Source: Macrostomum lignano | Taxonomy: Eukaryota | Reading direction: 5' to 3' | NCBI GenBank assembly: GCA_002269645.1 | Contig: NIVC01002298.1 | Location: 156,430 to 185,724, forward strand | DNA: 29,295 nt | Shown here: in pieces, positions 1 to 11,289 of the stretch | Numbering within the stretch: position 1 is the first letter of the stretch | Layout of the letters: each line of letters starts with the position of its first letter | Made by a program: the position numbers and the translations under genes | The notes under the pieces: model-generated | Seen by the model: the letters and a program-made list of their open reading frames with translations, nothing else | The model's database searches: none | What the model was told of the DNA's origin: nothing

Positions 1-105
1 CGATTCTCTTTGATGTGCCGCTACCGCGATTCTCTTTGATGTGCCGCTACCGCGAGCTCTTTGATGTGCCGCTACCCCGATTCTCTTTGATGTGTGCCGC
101 TATCC
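1..105. repeat. Tandem repeat, ~26-bp unit (CGATTCTCTTTGATGTGCCGCTACCG), ~4 copies, cut by window start
   Basis: Unit read directly at 1-26 and 27-52; two further degenerate copies follow. Confidence 0.85.
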
Positions 106-352
106 TCTTTTCCAGCCGCAAGAACTCACCGTGAACCGTCAGCTGAGTCCCGCTGCATTTGGTTGACAGTTTTGAGCTCGGCTTCTGGCCATGGAGAAAG
201 CAGGAGAGAGGCTTGGTGATTAAAGTGCAGTGTGAGGATATCTTTTCATAGCGATAAAAACTGGCATTCAAGCTGCTGTGGGATCGCAAGATGCTTAAAG
301 ATAGAAAAGTGGCCTAATGGTACATTTCTAAGAGCTTCACAAACAACCGCGC

Positions 353-2298
353 CTCAAAACAGCACCCCTAAACAGCACGCCCTGAACAGCCATCCCTAAA
401 CAGCACCCTAAACAGCCACCCCTAAATAGCACCGCACCTTGAACAGCACCCCTAAACAGCCACCCCTGAACAGCCACCCCTATACAGCACCCCTAAAAAG
501 CACCCTAAATGAGCACCTTAAACAGCACCCCTAAACAGCACCCTAAACAGCCACCCCTGAACAGCCACCCCTAAACAGCCACCTAAACAGCACCCCTAAA
601 AGCACCCTAAACAGCCACCCTAAAAAGGCACCCCTAAACAGCCACCCCTAAACAGCCACCCCTAAAAAGGCACCCCTAAACAGCCACCCCTAAACAGCCA
701 TAAACAGCACCCTAAACAGCCACCCTAAACAGCCACCCTAAACAGCCACCCCTAAACAGCCACCCTAAACAGCCACCCCTAAACAGCCACCCCTAAACAG
801 CCACCCCTAAACAGCCACCCCTAAACAGCCACCCCTAAACAGCCACCCCTAAACACCACCCTAAACAGCCACCCCTAAACAGCCACCCCTAAAAAGCACC
901 CTAAACAGCCACCCCTAAACAGCCACCCCTAAACAGCACCCTAAACAGCCACCCCTAAACAGCCACCCCTAAACAGCCACCCTAAACAGCCACCCTAAAC
1001 AGCCACCCCTAAATAGCCACCCCTAAACAGCCACCCCTAAACAGCCACCCCTAAAACCACCCTAAACAGCCACCCCTAAACACCACCCTAAACAGCCACC
1101 CTAAACAGCCACCCCTAAACAGCCACCCCTAAAAAGCCACCCCTAAACAGCCACCCCTAAACAGTACCCTAAAAAGCCACCCCTAAACAGCCACCCCTAA
1201 ACAGCCACCCCTAAACAGCCACCCCTAAAAAGCCACCCCTAAACAGCACCCTAAACAGCCACCCCTAAACAGCATCTAAACAGCCACCCCTAAACAGCAC
1301 CCTAAACAGCCATCCCTAAAAAGGCACCCCTAAACAGCCACCCTAAACAGCCACCCCTAAACAGCCACCCCTAAACAGCCACCCCTAAACAGCCACCCCT
1401 AAACAGCCACCCTAAACAGCCACCCCTAAACAGCCACCCCTAAACAGCCACCCCTAAACAGCCACCCCTAAACAGCCACCCCTAAACAGCCACCCCTAAA
1501 CAGCCACCCCTAAACAGCCACCCTAAACAGCCACCCCTAAGCAGCCACCCCTAAACAGCCACCCCTAAACAGCCACCCCTAAACAGCCACCCTAAACAGC
1601 CACCCCTAAACAGCCACCCCTAAAAAGCCACCCCTAAACAGCCACCCCTAAATAGCCACCCCAAACAGCCACCCTAAACAGCCACCCCTAAACAGCCACC
1701 CCTAAAAAGCCACCCTAAACAGCACCCTAAACAGCCACCCCTAAACAGCACCCTAAACAGCACCCTAAACAGCCATCCCTAAAAAGGCACCCCTAAACAG
1801 CCACCCCTAAACAGCCACCCCTAAAAAGCCACCCTAAACAGCACCCTAAACAGCCACCCCTAAACAGCACCCTAAACAGCCACCCGTAAACAGCCACCCT
1901 AAACAGCCACCCCTAAAAAGCCACCCTGAACAGCCACCCTAAACAGCCACCCCTAAACAGCACCCTAAACAGCCACCCCTAAACAGCCACCCCTAAACAG
2001 CCACCCCTAAACAGCCACCCCTAAACAGCCACCCCTAAACAGCCACCCCTAAACAGCCACCCTAAACAGCACCCTAAACAGCCACCCCTAAACAGCCACC
2101 CCTAAACAGCCACCCCTAAACAGCCACCCCTAAACAGCCACCCCTAAACAGCCACCCCTAAACAGCACCCTAAACAGCCACCCCTAAACAGCCACCCCTA
2201 AAAAGGCACCCCTAAACAGCCACCCCTAAACAGCCACCCCTAAACAGCCACCCCTAAAAAGCACCCACCTCAAAACAGCACCCCCTAAACAACACCCT
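353..2298. repeat. ~1.9-kb satellite array, 13-14-bp unit AAACAGCCACCCCT (contains CCCTAA)
   Basis: Well over 100 near-identical units with 1-bp length variants (CACCCT/CACCCCT) and AAAAAG variants. Confidence 0.97.
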
Positions 2299-2953
2299 GT
2301 TTGCAAGTTGCAAGCAGCACTCGAAGAGCTATTATAAAAATCCGAATTCCCCCGAACCCAGACGACACTCTGCTCAAGTGAGTGTCCTCACGAGTGTTCT
2401 CACTTAATCAGATGGGGAAAACTTCCCACGCGGGTCCCCCCGGGGCGAAGCCGCATAAAAGTCGCTGGCGGCCAAAATGGTCGACACGAAATTGAATTGG
2501 GGGCGGCACGCCGGCCGCTTGCGTTCCGCAATTCCCCATCAAGATTAGAAGAGAGATGAAGCAATTTGTGCCGAGCAGATTCCAACTTTTCTTGTTGTCA
2601 CCGCAAGTCCCTTGCGAGCCAGCAGAATATTGGGAAGCGAAATAACTTTCATAGAAAGAGTGGGGATGTTGCAAGCATTCAATCCGGTATGGAACCCAGA
2701 CTGCGAACCAGAAGGCAGAAAGTCTCTCGCATCAGCGATTCTCCGTTTATTCAAATAACCGCCATCGCTTTCTCGCTGGCCTGCTGGACTAATAAAAGTA
2801 CATCTGGCACTGACACTTGACCTCTGGACCGCTGATAACTGCCTTTCAGACCGACTGGGTTCTGCTTTTTGCTGGCGCGCGAGAGGTGAATTTGAAATTA
2901 TTTACGTATATTTTCGTATTTCAGAAGAAAGTTCAGCCGTGTTTGATTTAGGC

Positions 2954-3362
2954 TAGATTAGCAATCCATTCTATACTTCTCATTCTTGATGTTGACTAGC
3001 TAGATTAGCAATCCATTCTATACTTCTCATTCTTGATGTTGAAATCCATTCTATACTTCTCATTCTTGATGTTGAAATCCATTCTATACTTCTCATTCTT
3101 GATGTTGAAATCCATTCTATACTTCTCATTCTTGATGTTGAAATCCATTCTATACTTCTCATTCTTGATGTTGAAATCCATTCTATACTTCTCATTCTTG
3201 ATGTTGAAATCCATTCTATACTTCTCATTCTTGATGTTGAAATCCATTCTATACTTCTCATTCTTGATGTTGACTAGATTAGCAATCCATTCTATACTTC
3301 TCATTCTTGATGTTGACTAGATTAGCAATCCATTCTATACTTCTCATTCTTGATGTTGACTA
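2954..3362. repeat. Minisatellite, 33-bp core AAATCCATTCTATACTTCTCATTCTTGATGTTG; flanking units carry an added ACTAGATTAGC
   Basis: About 10 copies; explains the 11-aa-periodic ORFs at 2980-3320. Confidence 0.95.
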
Positions 3363-3432
3363 GCTTAATTAGCAGTCCATGACACTAGCTAGAGATTAGC
3401 AGTCCATGACACTGCTACCGCACTGAACACTC

Positions 3433-4052
3433 ACCAGATTTCAGCGCAGTCACTCCAGCAGCCTCGGCAGTCAGCCTGGCCCCAGCTGCCTCATCATCAT
3501 CAGCGTTCGCCTCAGTCGGAGTCCGGGCCGGCCGCAGCGGCGGCAGCTGAGCGGCTGTGGGGCTGTGTACAGTCGGGCAGCTGGGCAGGCCGGAAGGCCA
3601 CGCCACTGTGGCGGTGCCGCGGTGCCTGACCGGCGCTTCTGGCAGCCGGGCGGGCTGCGCCAGCTTGTGAGTCGACGTGGTGGCGGTGGACGCCGACGAC
3701 AAGGAGCTGACCGACCCTGAGAACAGCAGCCTCCAGCCTCCGCCAAGCAACATCACTCCCTGACTCTGCTGACCAGCTGGCGAGTTCAGACCAAAGGCGA
3801 TTTCAGAAGCCAGTGCTTTAAAGAATCTGCAGAAGCCCACACCGGATTGGCCCAGAATCCTCCACGCCCCATCCTCCCGCCATTAGGAATCAGTTCCCCA
3901 TCAACCTGCTGCTAATTACCTCCATCCCCCCCGGTGCAGCCACTTGTCGCTGACAGCGGCTTGTGGCCGCCGGGGTTGCGCAATGCAGCACCGCAGGCTT
4001 TGCTTTATTCCAGGCAGTGCGCGGGGGACAGCGAGAAATTGGAGAGTTTCTT
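3433..4052 (-). other. Possible coding exons of an unidentified gene (about 4052-3921 and 3826-3433)
   Basis: GC-rich open frame 3415-3840 bounded by TTCTGCAG| and |GTGAGT; upstream block bounded by CTTTCAG| and |GTAATT joins in phase (..GGWR/FFKALASEIAF..). No recognisable family. Confidence 0.3.
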
Positions 4053-4140
4053 CTGAAAGCAGCGCAGGAAATGGACGGTCAAGAGGATAAGAAAAAGAAT
4101 GGACGGACTCGAGTTCAGGACACTGGCTTCAGGCAGGGAC

Positions 4141-5050
4141 TGCCCTCTGACTCTCTGATTCTCTGACTCTCTGACTGTCTGATTCTCTGACTCTCTGACT
4201 CTCTGATTCTCTGACTCTGATTCTCTGATTCTCTGACTCTGATTCTCTGATTCTCTGACTCTGATTCTCTGACTCTCTCACTCTCTCACTATCTTACTCT
4301 CTGATTCTCTGACTCTCTGACTGTCTGATTCTCTGACTCTGATTCTTTGATTCTCTCACTATCTGACTCTCGGGCTCTATGATTCTCTGATTCTGATTCT
4401 CTGACTCTCTGACTGTCTGATTCTCTGACTCTGATTCTCTGATTCTCTGACTCTGATTCTCTGATTCTCTGACTCTGACTCTCTGATTCTCTGGCCCTTT
4501 GACTCTCTGATTCTCTGACTCTCTGACTGTCTGATTCTCTGACTCTCTGACTGTCTGATTCTCTGACTCTCTGACTGTCTGATTCTCTGACTCCGATTCT
4601 CTGATTCTCTGACTCTGATTCTCTGACTCTCTGACTCTCTGACTCTCTGACTGTCTGATTATCTGATTATCTGATTCTCTGACTCTCTGACTCTCTGACT
4701 GTCTGATTCTCTGACTCTCTGACTCTCTGATTCTCTGACTCTCTGATTCTCTGACTCTCTGACTCTCTGATTCTCTGATTTTCTGATTCTCTGACTCTCT
4801 GATTCTCTGACTCTCTGATTCTCTGACTCTCTCACTATCTGACTCTCTCACTATCTTACTCTCTCACTATCTGACTCTCTCACTATCTTACTCTCTCACT
4901 ATCTTACTCTCTCACTATCTGACTCTCTCACTATCTTACTCTCTCACTATCTTACTCTCTCACTATCTTACTCTCTCACTATCTTACTCTCTCACTATCT
5001 GACTCTCTCACTATCTGACTCTCTCACTATCTGACTCTCTCACTATCTGA
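4141..5050. repeat. Compound low-complexity repeat: (CTCTGA/CTCTGATT)n, then a 16-bp CTCTCTCACTATCT(T/G)A array from ~4836
   Basis: Direct reading; the 185-aa RESE-rich ORF is its translation. Confidence 0.93.
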
Positions 5051-5239
5051 TCATTTGACTCTGACAGATTTTCCTGTTTTCCGGCTGTCTGGTTATTGAA
5101 TGAGTTTCCAAATTTCGAATTTAACTAATTTCGAAGTTGCAAGCGATAACCAAGAGCATAATTTATTAGCATTGAATTGTCCCCAACGTTTGCCGGATCA
5201 AGACTAGAGCTGCGTCCTCCCCCCAGTGTCTGCAAAGTT

Positions 5240-6994
5240 TCAATCAATGCGCTGACGGACGAGCCTGCGAGTGGACGCCAGACTGTCATCCACCGACTGA
5301 CGAGGCGAACCGGCCTCGGCGGCTGTTGATGCCGCCGCTGCTCCGCTGTGCAGCTCGACGGCGGAGCGGAACCGCTGCTCGCCCGGACCTGCCATTCCCG
5401 GTGCCATTCCTGGTGCCATTCCCGGTGCCATTCCTGGTGCCATTCCCGGTGCCAATCCAGTTGGCAAGGTGCCAGGCAGCAGGCCGGGCATCGGAACGCC
5501 GCCGCCACCGCCGACACCGCCGCCGACCATCATAAACAGCGGCGTCGACACGGGAATGAACACCGGCACAAGGCCCTGCATCATCAGTCCCGGTGCCAGG
5601 CCGGTTGTCGGCACGCCTGGCGCCGCTCTGACAGCTGGCGGGCCGACCGCCGGGGCCGCTGTCGATTTTGGTGCCGCTCCCGGTGCCGCTCCCAGTGCCG
5701 CTCCCGGTGCCGCTCCCCGGGCCACTCCCGGTGCCGCTCCCAGTGCCGCTCCCGGTGCCGCTCCCAGTGCCGCTCCCGGTGCCACTTCCGGTGCCGCTCC
5801 CGTGCCACCTTGAGCGTCACTCCGGAAGGAGCGACTTCCGGCGGCGCCGCTTCGGGAGCCGCTGTCGCCTCCTCTGGCGGCCGAGCCGCCCAGGCCAGCA
5901 GCAGCTGCAGTCCGGCCGCCAGCCAGGCCGCCAGGCAGCCGGACAGGCCCAGCCAGTGCGCCAGCCCCGGCTCCATGGACGATGACGTCATCGTTGAATC
6001 GGACAGCCAATCAAGAGTGGCTGACATCTGCGAGTGACGGTGGCAGTTATCTGTGTCAGCTGCTGTCAGTCTGGGTCAGTGGGAATTAGGAGGGGTCATT
6101 TTGGGTCAGAAATGGGGTCAGTGGATCAGCCGGGGCCAGTGAGGATCGGCCGGAAGTCTTTCGGGGTGAGTGGAATCAGCCGGGGTCAATCAGTGTCAGT
6201 CAAGGGGTCCGTCAAGGTCAGCCGGGGTCAATCAGGGTCAGTCGGGGGGTTTGTCGAGGTCAGCCTGGGTCAGTGGGGTCAGCCGGGGTCAATCAGGGTC
6301 GGTCAAGGGGTCCGTCAAGGTCAGCCGGGGTCAATCAGGGTCAGTCGGGGGGTCCGTCGAGGTCAGCCTGGGTCAGTGGGATCAGCCGGGGTCAATCAGG
6401 TCAGTCGGGGAGTCCAGCGAGGTTAGCCGGGGTCAATCAGATCAGTGGGGGGTCCGTCAAGGTCAGCCGGGGTCAGTGGGGTCAGCCGGGGTCAATGGGG
6501 TCAGCCGAGGTCAATGGGGTCAGTCGCTGACCTGGCAGGCCAGAAACGCGGCGGCCTGGCAGGCGAAGGCGACGAATGCGGCGGCCTGGGCGACCCCGAG
6601 GAACCTGCGGCGGGCGGCCTGGCCGGAGGCGAACAGCGCCACGGCGGTGACGCAGGCAGCCAGGAGGTGCATCACGGCGGCGCCAAGGTGCAGCGCCAGC
6701 ACGGCGAGACGCCACTGGCGTTGAAATGTTGATGAAGAATCCAGCATCGTTGACTGTCCGAAATCGAGCGGCTGACAGCGCGAGTTCGAGTCGCAGCCGG
6801 TCAAGATGCCGCGCATCGATGCGCCCGAGGTGCCGTTCGCCACCAGCAGCCACCAGCTCGGCAGATTGAGGGCCGCCAGGTTCAGCGACAGGCCGATGGC
6901 TGATGACGTCACGCAGGCGGCGACGAACGGGGCGAGCTGGCGGCGTTTGCGGAGCCTCTCAGCTGCCGCGGCGGCGGCTGCCGCTGGAGGCTTC
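5240..6994 (-). CDS. Claudin/PMP22/EMP-superfamily-like four-TM protein; exons ~6994-6532 and 6027-5240, with an apparent 1-bp deletion at ~5802
   Basis: Donor CAG|GTCAGC at 6532/6531 and acceptor CAG|ATG at 6028/6027 join in phase 0. Product: TM1 (LAPFVAACVTSSAIGLSLNLAAL), loop W..NGT..GILTGC-x5-C resembling the W-GLW-C-C signature, TM2 (LAVLALHLGAAVMHLLAACVTAVALF), TM3 (FLGVAQAAAFVAFACQAAAFLA), TM4 (GLAHWLGLSGCLAAWLAAGLQLLLAW). Start codon not located. Confidence 0.55.
6110..6525. repeat. Intronic GGGGTCAG/CAGCCGGGGTCAA degenerate tandem repeat
   Basis: Fills most of intron 6028-6531; accounts for several spurious + ORFs. Confidence 0.85.
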
Positions 6995-7201
6995 CTGGTG
7001 GAGGAGTTTTAAGATTTCAGAATGTCACTTTTGGGGCCGATTGCGGCACGAGCGTCCGAATTTTGCGCCAGAGATCTAGGGGTTCGATTCCTCACAGGCT
7101 TTGTGTACGGACAGTGTCTTGGGGGGGGGGGTCGTGAAGTTCACAGCCATGAGGGCCAACCCCCAAGGCACAGAAAGTGCCTGACGATTAGAAAGTCAGG
7201 G

Positions 7202-7547
7202 CCCCTGTACACCCTGCATGAGCATGAGTGCCCTGTACACCCTGCATGAGCAGGAGTGCCCCTGCACACCCTGCATGAGCATGAGTGCCACTGTACACCC
7301 TGCATGAGCATGAGTGCCACTGTACACCCTGCATGAGCATGAGTGCCCCTGTACACCCTGCATGAGCATGAGTGCCCCTGTACACCCTGCATGAGCATGA
7401 GTGCCCCTGTACACCCTGCATGAGCATGAGTGCCCCTGTACACCCTGCATGAGCATGAGTGCCCTGTACACCCTGCATGAGCATGAGTGCCCCTGTACGC
7501 CCTGCATGAGCATGAGTGCCCCTGTACACCCTGCATGAGCATGAGTG
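7202..7547. repeat. Minisatellite, 29-bp unit CCCCTGTACACCCTGCATGAGCATGAGTG, ~12 copies
   Basis: Period 29 measured between TGTACACCCT at 7321 and 7350. Confidence 0.95.
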
Positions 7548-7649
7548 CTGAGGAGTCAGCGGATGGGCAAGATACAAAAAACACAATTTAACAGCATCTG
7601 GCCGAGGCTGGAAGCTGCGAATTTGACCTTGATTTATCCATCTTCCCTC

Positions 7650-8866
7650 TCTATGCCTTCCGAACTTGAGCTGGGACAGGGGTGCTTTGGAGAGTTTCTA
7701 TCAGACTGTTATAACCTGTTTAAAGGAGCCCAAGAACACTCACTGGCTGGTTGGCCTCGGCTGCTGTGGGGCCGGCATCAGTGCTCAGATGCTGCAGGTG
7801 CGTAGCGAAATTGAAAATATTGTCTGTAATTTTGCTGATACCTTCGCCTCTGAGTTTACAGTTTTATCTGTACTGGCCGGCGAGCTGCGTGGGTGAAGGA
7901 ACTGGGTGAGGTGGCGGTCGCCACTAAATTACAGGTCACCTGCGGCAGGTTTCAGCTCGGCAAGGTAAATTTCTCGAGTGCTATTCAAGTGGCTGCTGGT
8001 TTCTCATGAACTGCTCAATACTTTGCTTTTTGTCTACAGCTGAGAATCTGCAACTACAAGCGCAGATGCATTATGGAGCTTTGAGAAGAGGCTGAGTAGG
8101 TGGTTAGTACCAGGTAAATCAAACACTGCATAGCAAGTACTGCTCCAGACTGACAGGCTGTCAGCAAGCGCGTGAGGGTCACAACTTGTCAAACTGAATC
8201 AGATGCCCGCGAATGCATTCCTAAAGAGCCCCGCCAAGTGCGGCCAAGCTTAGAGAATACTATATTTGAAGCAATGAAAGCAATTAGTAGTAGTAGTAGT
8301 AACAGTAGTCGCAGTAGTATTAGCAGCAGCAGTAGTAGTAGTAGTAGTAGCAGTAGTAGTAGTAGTAGTATCTAGATAATAGTAATAGTAGTAGTAGTTA
8401 GCACAACGGCCCTAATAAACCTTCTAATCATCAGGCATGCTCACTCTCTTGTGCCTCTGTGGCTGGTGAATTGCACAACAACAACCCACTGGCCAATTTT
8501 CTCGAACAAGCCCCAAATTATTGTGGCCGCGTACGCGGAATCGAACCAGGGGTCAGGGAGGCAGCAGCAGCAGCAGCAGCAGCAGCACAATTAGCGGCGG
8601 TAACCGCAACAGAAGCAGCAGAACACACAAACAGCCAAGGCAGATCCCAGCGAGCCAGTATCTGTCGGTGTCTGTATAATTTCTTGCCTTCTTGAACCTT
8701 CCAGCCCAGAATCTGCAGATGTCGTCAGACGCAGTCCCGATAATTGGCTGCGGCAACTTGCTGCAACCAAGGAACTGGCTGACATGCGGGGCCTGATTTA
8801 TGGCACCCGGCAGGGGGTCGCGGCGGGGAAGGAGGAGCCGGCGGAGGCGCCGCAAACACCGGCCTG
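7650..8866 (+). other. Possible spliced gene remnant; exon-like blocks ending 7797, 7862-7964, 8040-8113 and 8719-8866
   Basis: Consensus-like sites (CAG|GTGCGT, TTTACAG|, AAG|GTAAAT, TCTACAG|, CAG|GTAAAT, CTGCAG|). The last two blocks join as ..LWSFEKRLSRWLVP/DVVRRSPDNWLRQL..*, but I could not make one continuous frame across all blocks. Confidence 0.25.
8285..8400. repeat. (AGT/AGC)n microsatellite
   Basis: Direct reading. Confidence 0.9.
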
Positions 8867-9084
8867 AATGCAGCGAGGCCCCAGCAGCTGCAGTGTGCCA
8901 GCACCCCCACCCCCCACCCCCAGTCATCTCGGGTTTATCAGTGCTGAACACTGCGGCCAACTTCGGGCGTTTTCAAGTCTGTGACTGAAGCACTTTGCGG
9001 AGGAGATGCACAGGGAGCTGAACTCAGATGAACTGAGATTTTGGATAGAGATTTGGTTGACAAATTGACTTTTGATTTATAATA

Positions 9085-9138
9085 GGTAGATAGATAGATA
9101 GATAGATAGACAGATAGATAGATAGATAGATAGATGGG

Positions 9139-9197
<59 letters not shown>

Positions 9198-9380
9198 ACA
9201 GACAGACAGACACACAGACAGACAGACGGATGGCACAGACACACAGACAGACACACAGACAGACACACAGACGGATGGCACAGACACACAGACAGACACA
9301 CAGACGGACACACAGACGGATGGCACAGACACAGACAGACACACAGACAGACGGATGGCACAGACACACAGACATTCAGA
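9085..9380. repeat. Compound microsatellite (GATA)n-(GGCA)n-(GACA/CACA)n
   Basis: Direct reading; explains the LSIY/PACL/SVCV ORFs. Confidence 0.95.
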
Positions 9381-9858
9381 CAGAGGACATCAGAGCACAG
9401 AAGCAGTGCAGGCAGAGCCGGAGAAGCCAGTGATCAGATCAGGGTGGCAGAGGCAAACACCGCAGTTCGAGTCCGAATTCGAAATGGACAACCCCCCCCC
9501 CTCAGTCGCCTGACCAAAGGACTTCAGGAAGCCGATCTCTCAACAGAAATCAGTGCAGTGCAGGCGCGACAATCGAATGCAGTTCCAACTTCCAGTCCTC
9601 GAACTGCCCATCGGGATAAAAGCTGCCAGCGCACTTTTGCTGCCTGTTGATAAGAGGATTAAGAAATCGGATATGGCGGCCCACAGCAGCGGCCGCTTGT
9701 TTATTTACCCACCAACTCTGCCGGTGCCCTTTTGGGGCCGGAGCAAAAGCACGAAGGGTTATTCAGTGCTGCTGTTGCTGCTGCGGGAGTCAATATTCGG
9801 TAACGGGACTGACGAGCTTAGAGAATTGTAGATTTTAGGCGTGTGAAGAGTGCACGTC

Positions 9859-10096
9859 GTAGGGAGTGCAGGGTTGCAGGGAGTGCAGGGTTGCAGGGAG
9901 TGCAGGGTTGTAGGGAGTGCAGGGTTGCAGGGAGTGCAGGGAGTGCAGGGATGCAGGGAGTGCAGGGTTGCGGGAGTGCAGGGTTGCGGGAGTGCAGGGA
10001 GTGCAGGGAGTGCAGGGTTGCGGGAGTGCAGGGATGCAGGGAGTGCAGGGATGCAGGGAGTGCAGGGAGTGCAGGGTTGCAGGGAGTGCAGGGTTG
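9859..10096. repeat. Tandem repeat of 8-9-bp units GGGAGTGCA/GGGTTGCA
   Basis: Direct reading. Confidence 0.92.
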
Positions 10097-10464
10097 TATT
10101 CTAAACAAATCAGAAAAAAGATAAAGTCTGAAAGATTATCAAAACTTTAGACATTTATAGACAGCCACGTTAAAGTTAGAGCAAGTCAGTAGATACAATT
10201 TATTTGAGTACGCAAAGAGCTGCCTGAGAAAGCAACTTCAAATATTGTTAAAGCGCCGATGATTCACTGTTGTGAGCCAACTGTACATCGCACTGGTTGC
10301 AAAGCATCTCGTGCATTAAATATCGGAAAGAGCAACGGAAAAAATAAACTGGCAGCTACTTTCACGTCAAACTACTTATAAGTCGAGGCTACAGAAGTAG
10401 TATTAAAAGTTTACCTGCATTGGTCGACTATAAAACGAATTAAGTATTCGAATTTTAAAGAGAT

Positions 10465-10665
10465 TTAAGCCCCAAATCCTCATGAATTCATCAATACAGA
10501 TCCCAAATCCCCAAGAATACAGATCTCAAATCCCCATGAATACAGATCCCAAATCCCCATGAATTCAGATCCCAAATCCCCATGAACACAGATCCCAAAT
10601 CCCCATGAACACAGATCCCAAATCCCCATGAACACAGATCCCGAATCCCCATGAATACAGATCGC
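10465..10665. repeat. Minisatellite, 23-bp unit CAGATCCCAAATCCCCATGAA(T/C)A
   Basis: About 8 copies immediately 3' of the SNIP1 stop. Confidence 0.9.
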
Positions 10666-10718
10666 CAAACACTAGGGCATTTTTTATACATTGAAGTCCT
10701 GACAAATTGAGATCCCAA

Positions 10719-11168
10719 TCATCTTTGCCTGTGCCGGGAAGACGCTGCCGCAGCCATGGGTTCAATGTCGGAGTCGTCGCTGTCGCTGGGTGGCACTCGG
10801 TCGTCACCGCCTGCGGCGGCAGCTCTGTCCTCGCCTTCTCCGGCGTTCTCGCTCAGTACAACATATTCGCGCGAACTGTAGCCGAATTTAAGTACGTCGC
10901 GTTCTTTTAATTCAATATAACGCCGAGCTTCGACGCGCTCGCCGTTGAGGTAGGTGCCGTTGGCGGACTCCAGGTCGATGATGTACGGCTTCACCAGCCG
11001 CGACTTGCTGCCGTCCGGCTGCTCCAACTCCACCAGCCGGTACTGCAGGGCCGCGTGCTGCTTGGAGATGGACGGGTGGTCCATCGGGATGTCGGCCACC
11101 TTGCGGTCCTTGCCGATCAGGTAGCCGCTCTGCCGGTGCACGTACAGCGGCTTCATGGCCTCCTCGCC
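10719..11168 (-). CDS. SNIP1: SNIP1/Pml1/DAWDLE-like FHA-domain protein, last exon
   Basis: GEEAMKPLYVHRQSGYLIGKDRKVADIPMDHPSISKQHAALQYRLVE..VKPYIIDLESANGTYLN..YIELKERDVLKFGYSSREYV closely matches the SNIP1 FHA as I recall it; acceptor CTCAG|GGC in phase 0. Confidence 0.95.
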   Translation of the reverse strand, partial: GEEAMKPLYVHRQSGYLIGKDRKVADIPMDHPSISKQHAALQYRLVELEQPDGSKSRLVKPYIIDLESANGTYLNGERVEARRYIELKERDVLKFGYSSREYVVLSENAGEGEDRAAAAGGDDRVPPSDSDDSDIEPMAAAASSRHRQR

Positions 11169-11289
11169 CTGAGGTGGGTGGGGAAAGGGGAATTTAGTGA
11201 GGATCTGGGATGATCCGGGTTTTGGTTTAGGAATATGTTGGCTTATATTATCTCTATTGATGATCTGAAAGGTTTCAATTTTCTGGCCT

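Noticed and set aside
2400-2820. Overlapping short ORFs as a defined gene
   Set aside because: No recognisable motifs or consistent splice structure; may be a frameshifted downstream exon of the 3433-4052 candidate, but this is unsupported.
2980-4851. Periodic ORFs (RMRSIEWISTS, NIKNEKYRMDF, RESE repeats)
   Set aside because: Translations of tandem repeats, open in several frames and on both strands; the same applies to ORFs at 6034-6530, 7141-7586, 8938-9433, 9818-10150 and 26324-27310.
7040-7100. tRNA or tRNA-derived SINE (B-box GGTTCGATTCC at 7081; also on the minus strand at ~8537)
   Set aside because: No A-box or cloverleaf could be built around either site.
7660-7700. Src-like P-loop LGQGCFGE
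   Set aside because: No downstream VAIK/HRD/DFG kinase motifs in any frame I could follow; treated as chance.
8040-8043. Selenocysteine TGA at the start of an exon-like block
   Set aside because: The required phase-2 upstream exon frame contains its own stop, and no SECIS was identified.
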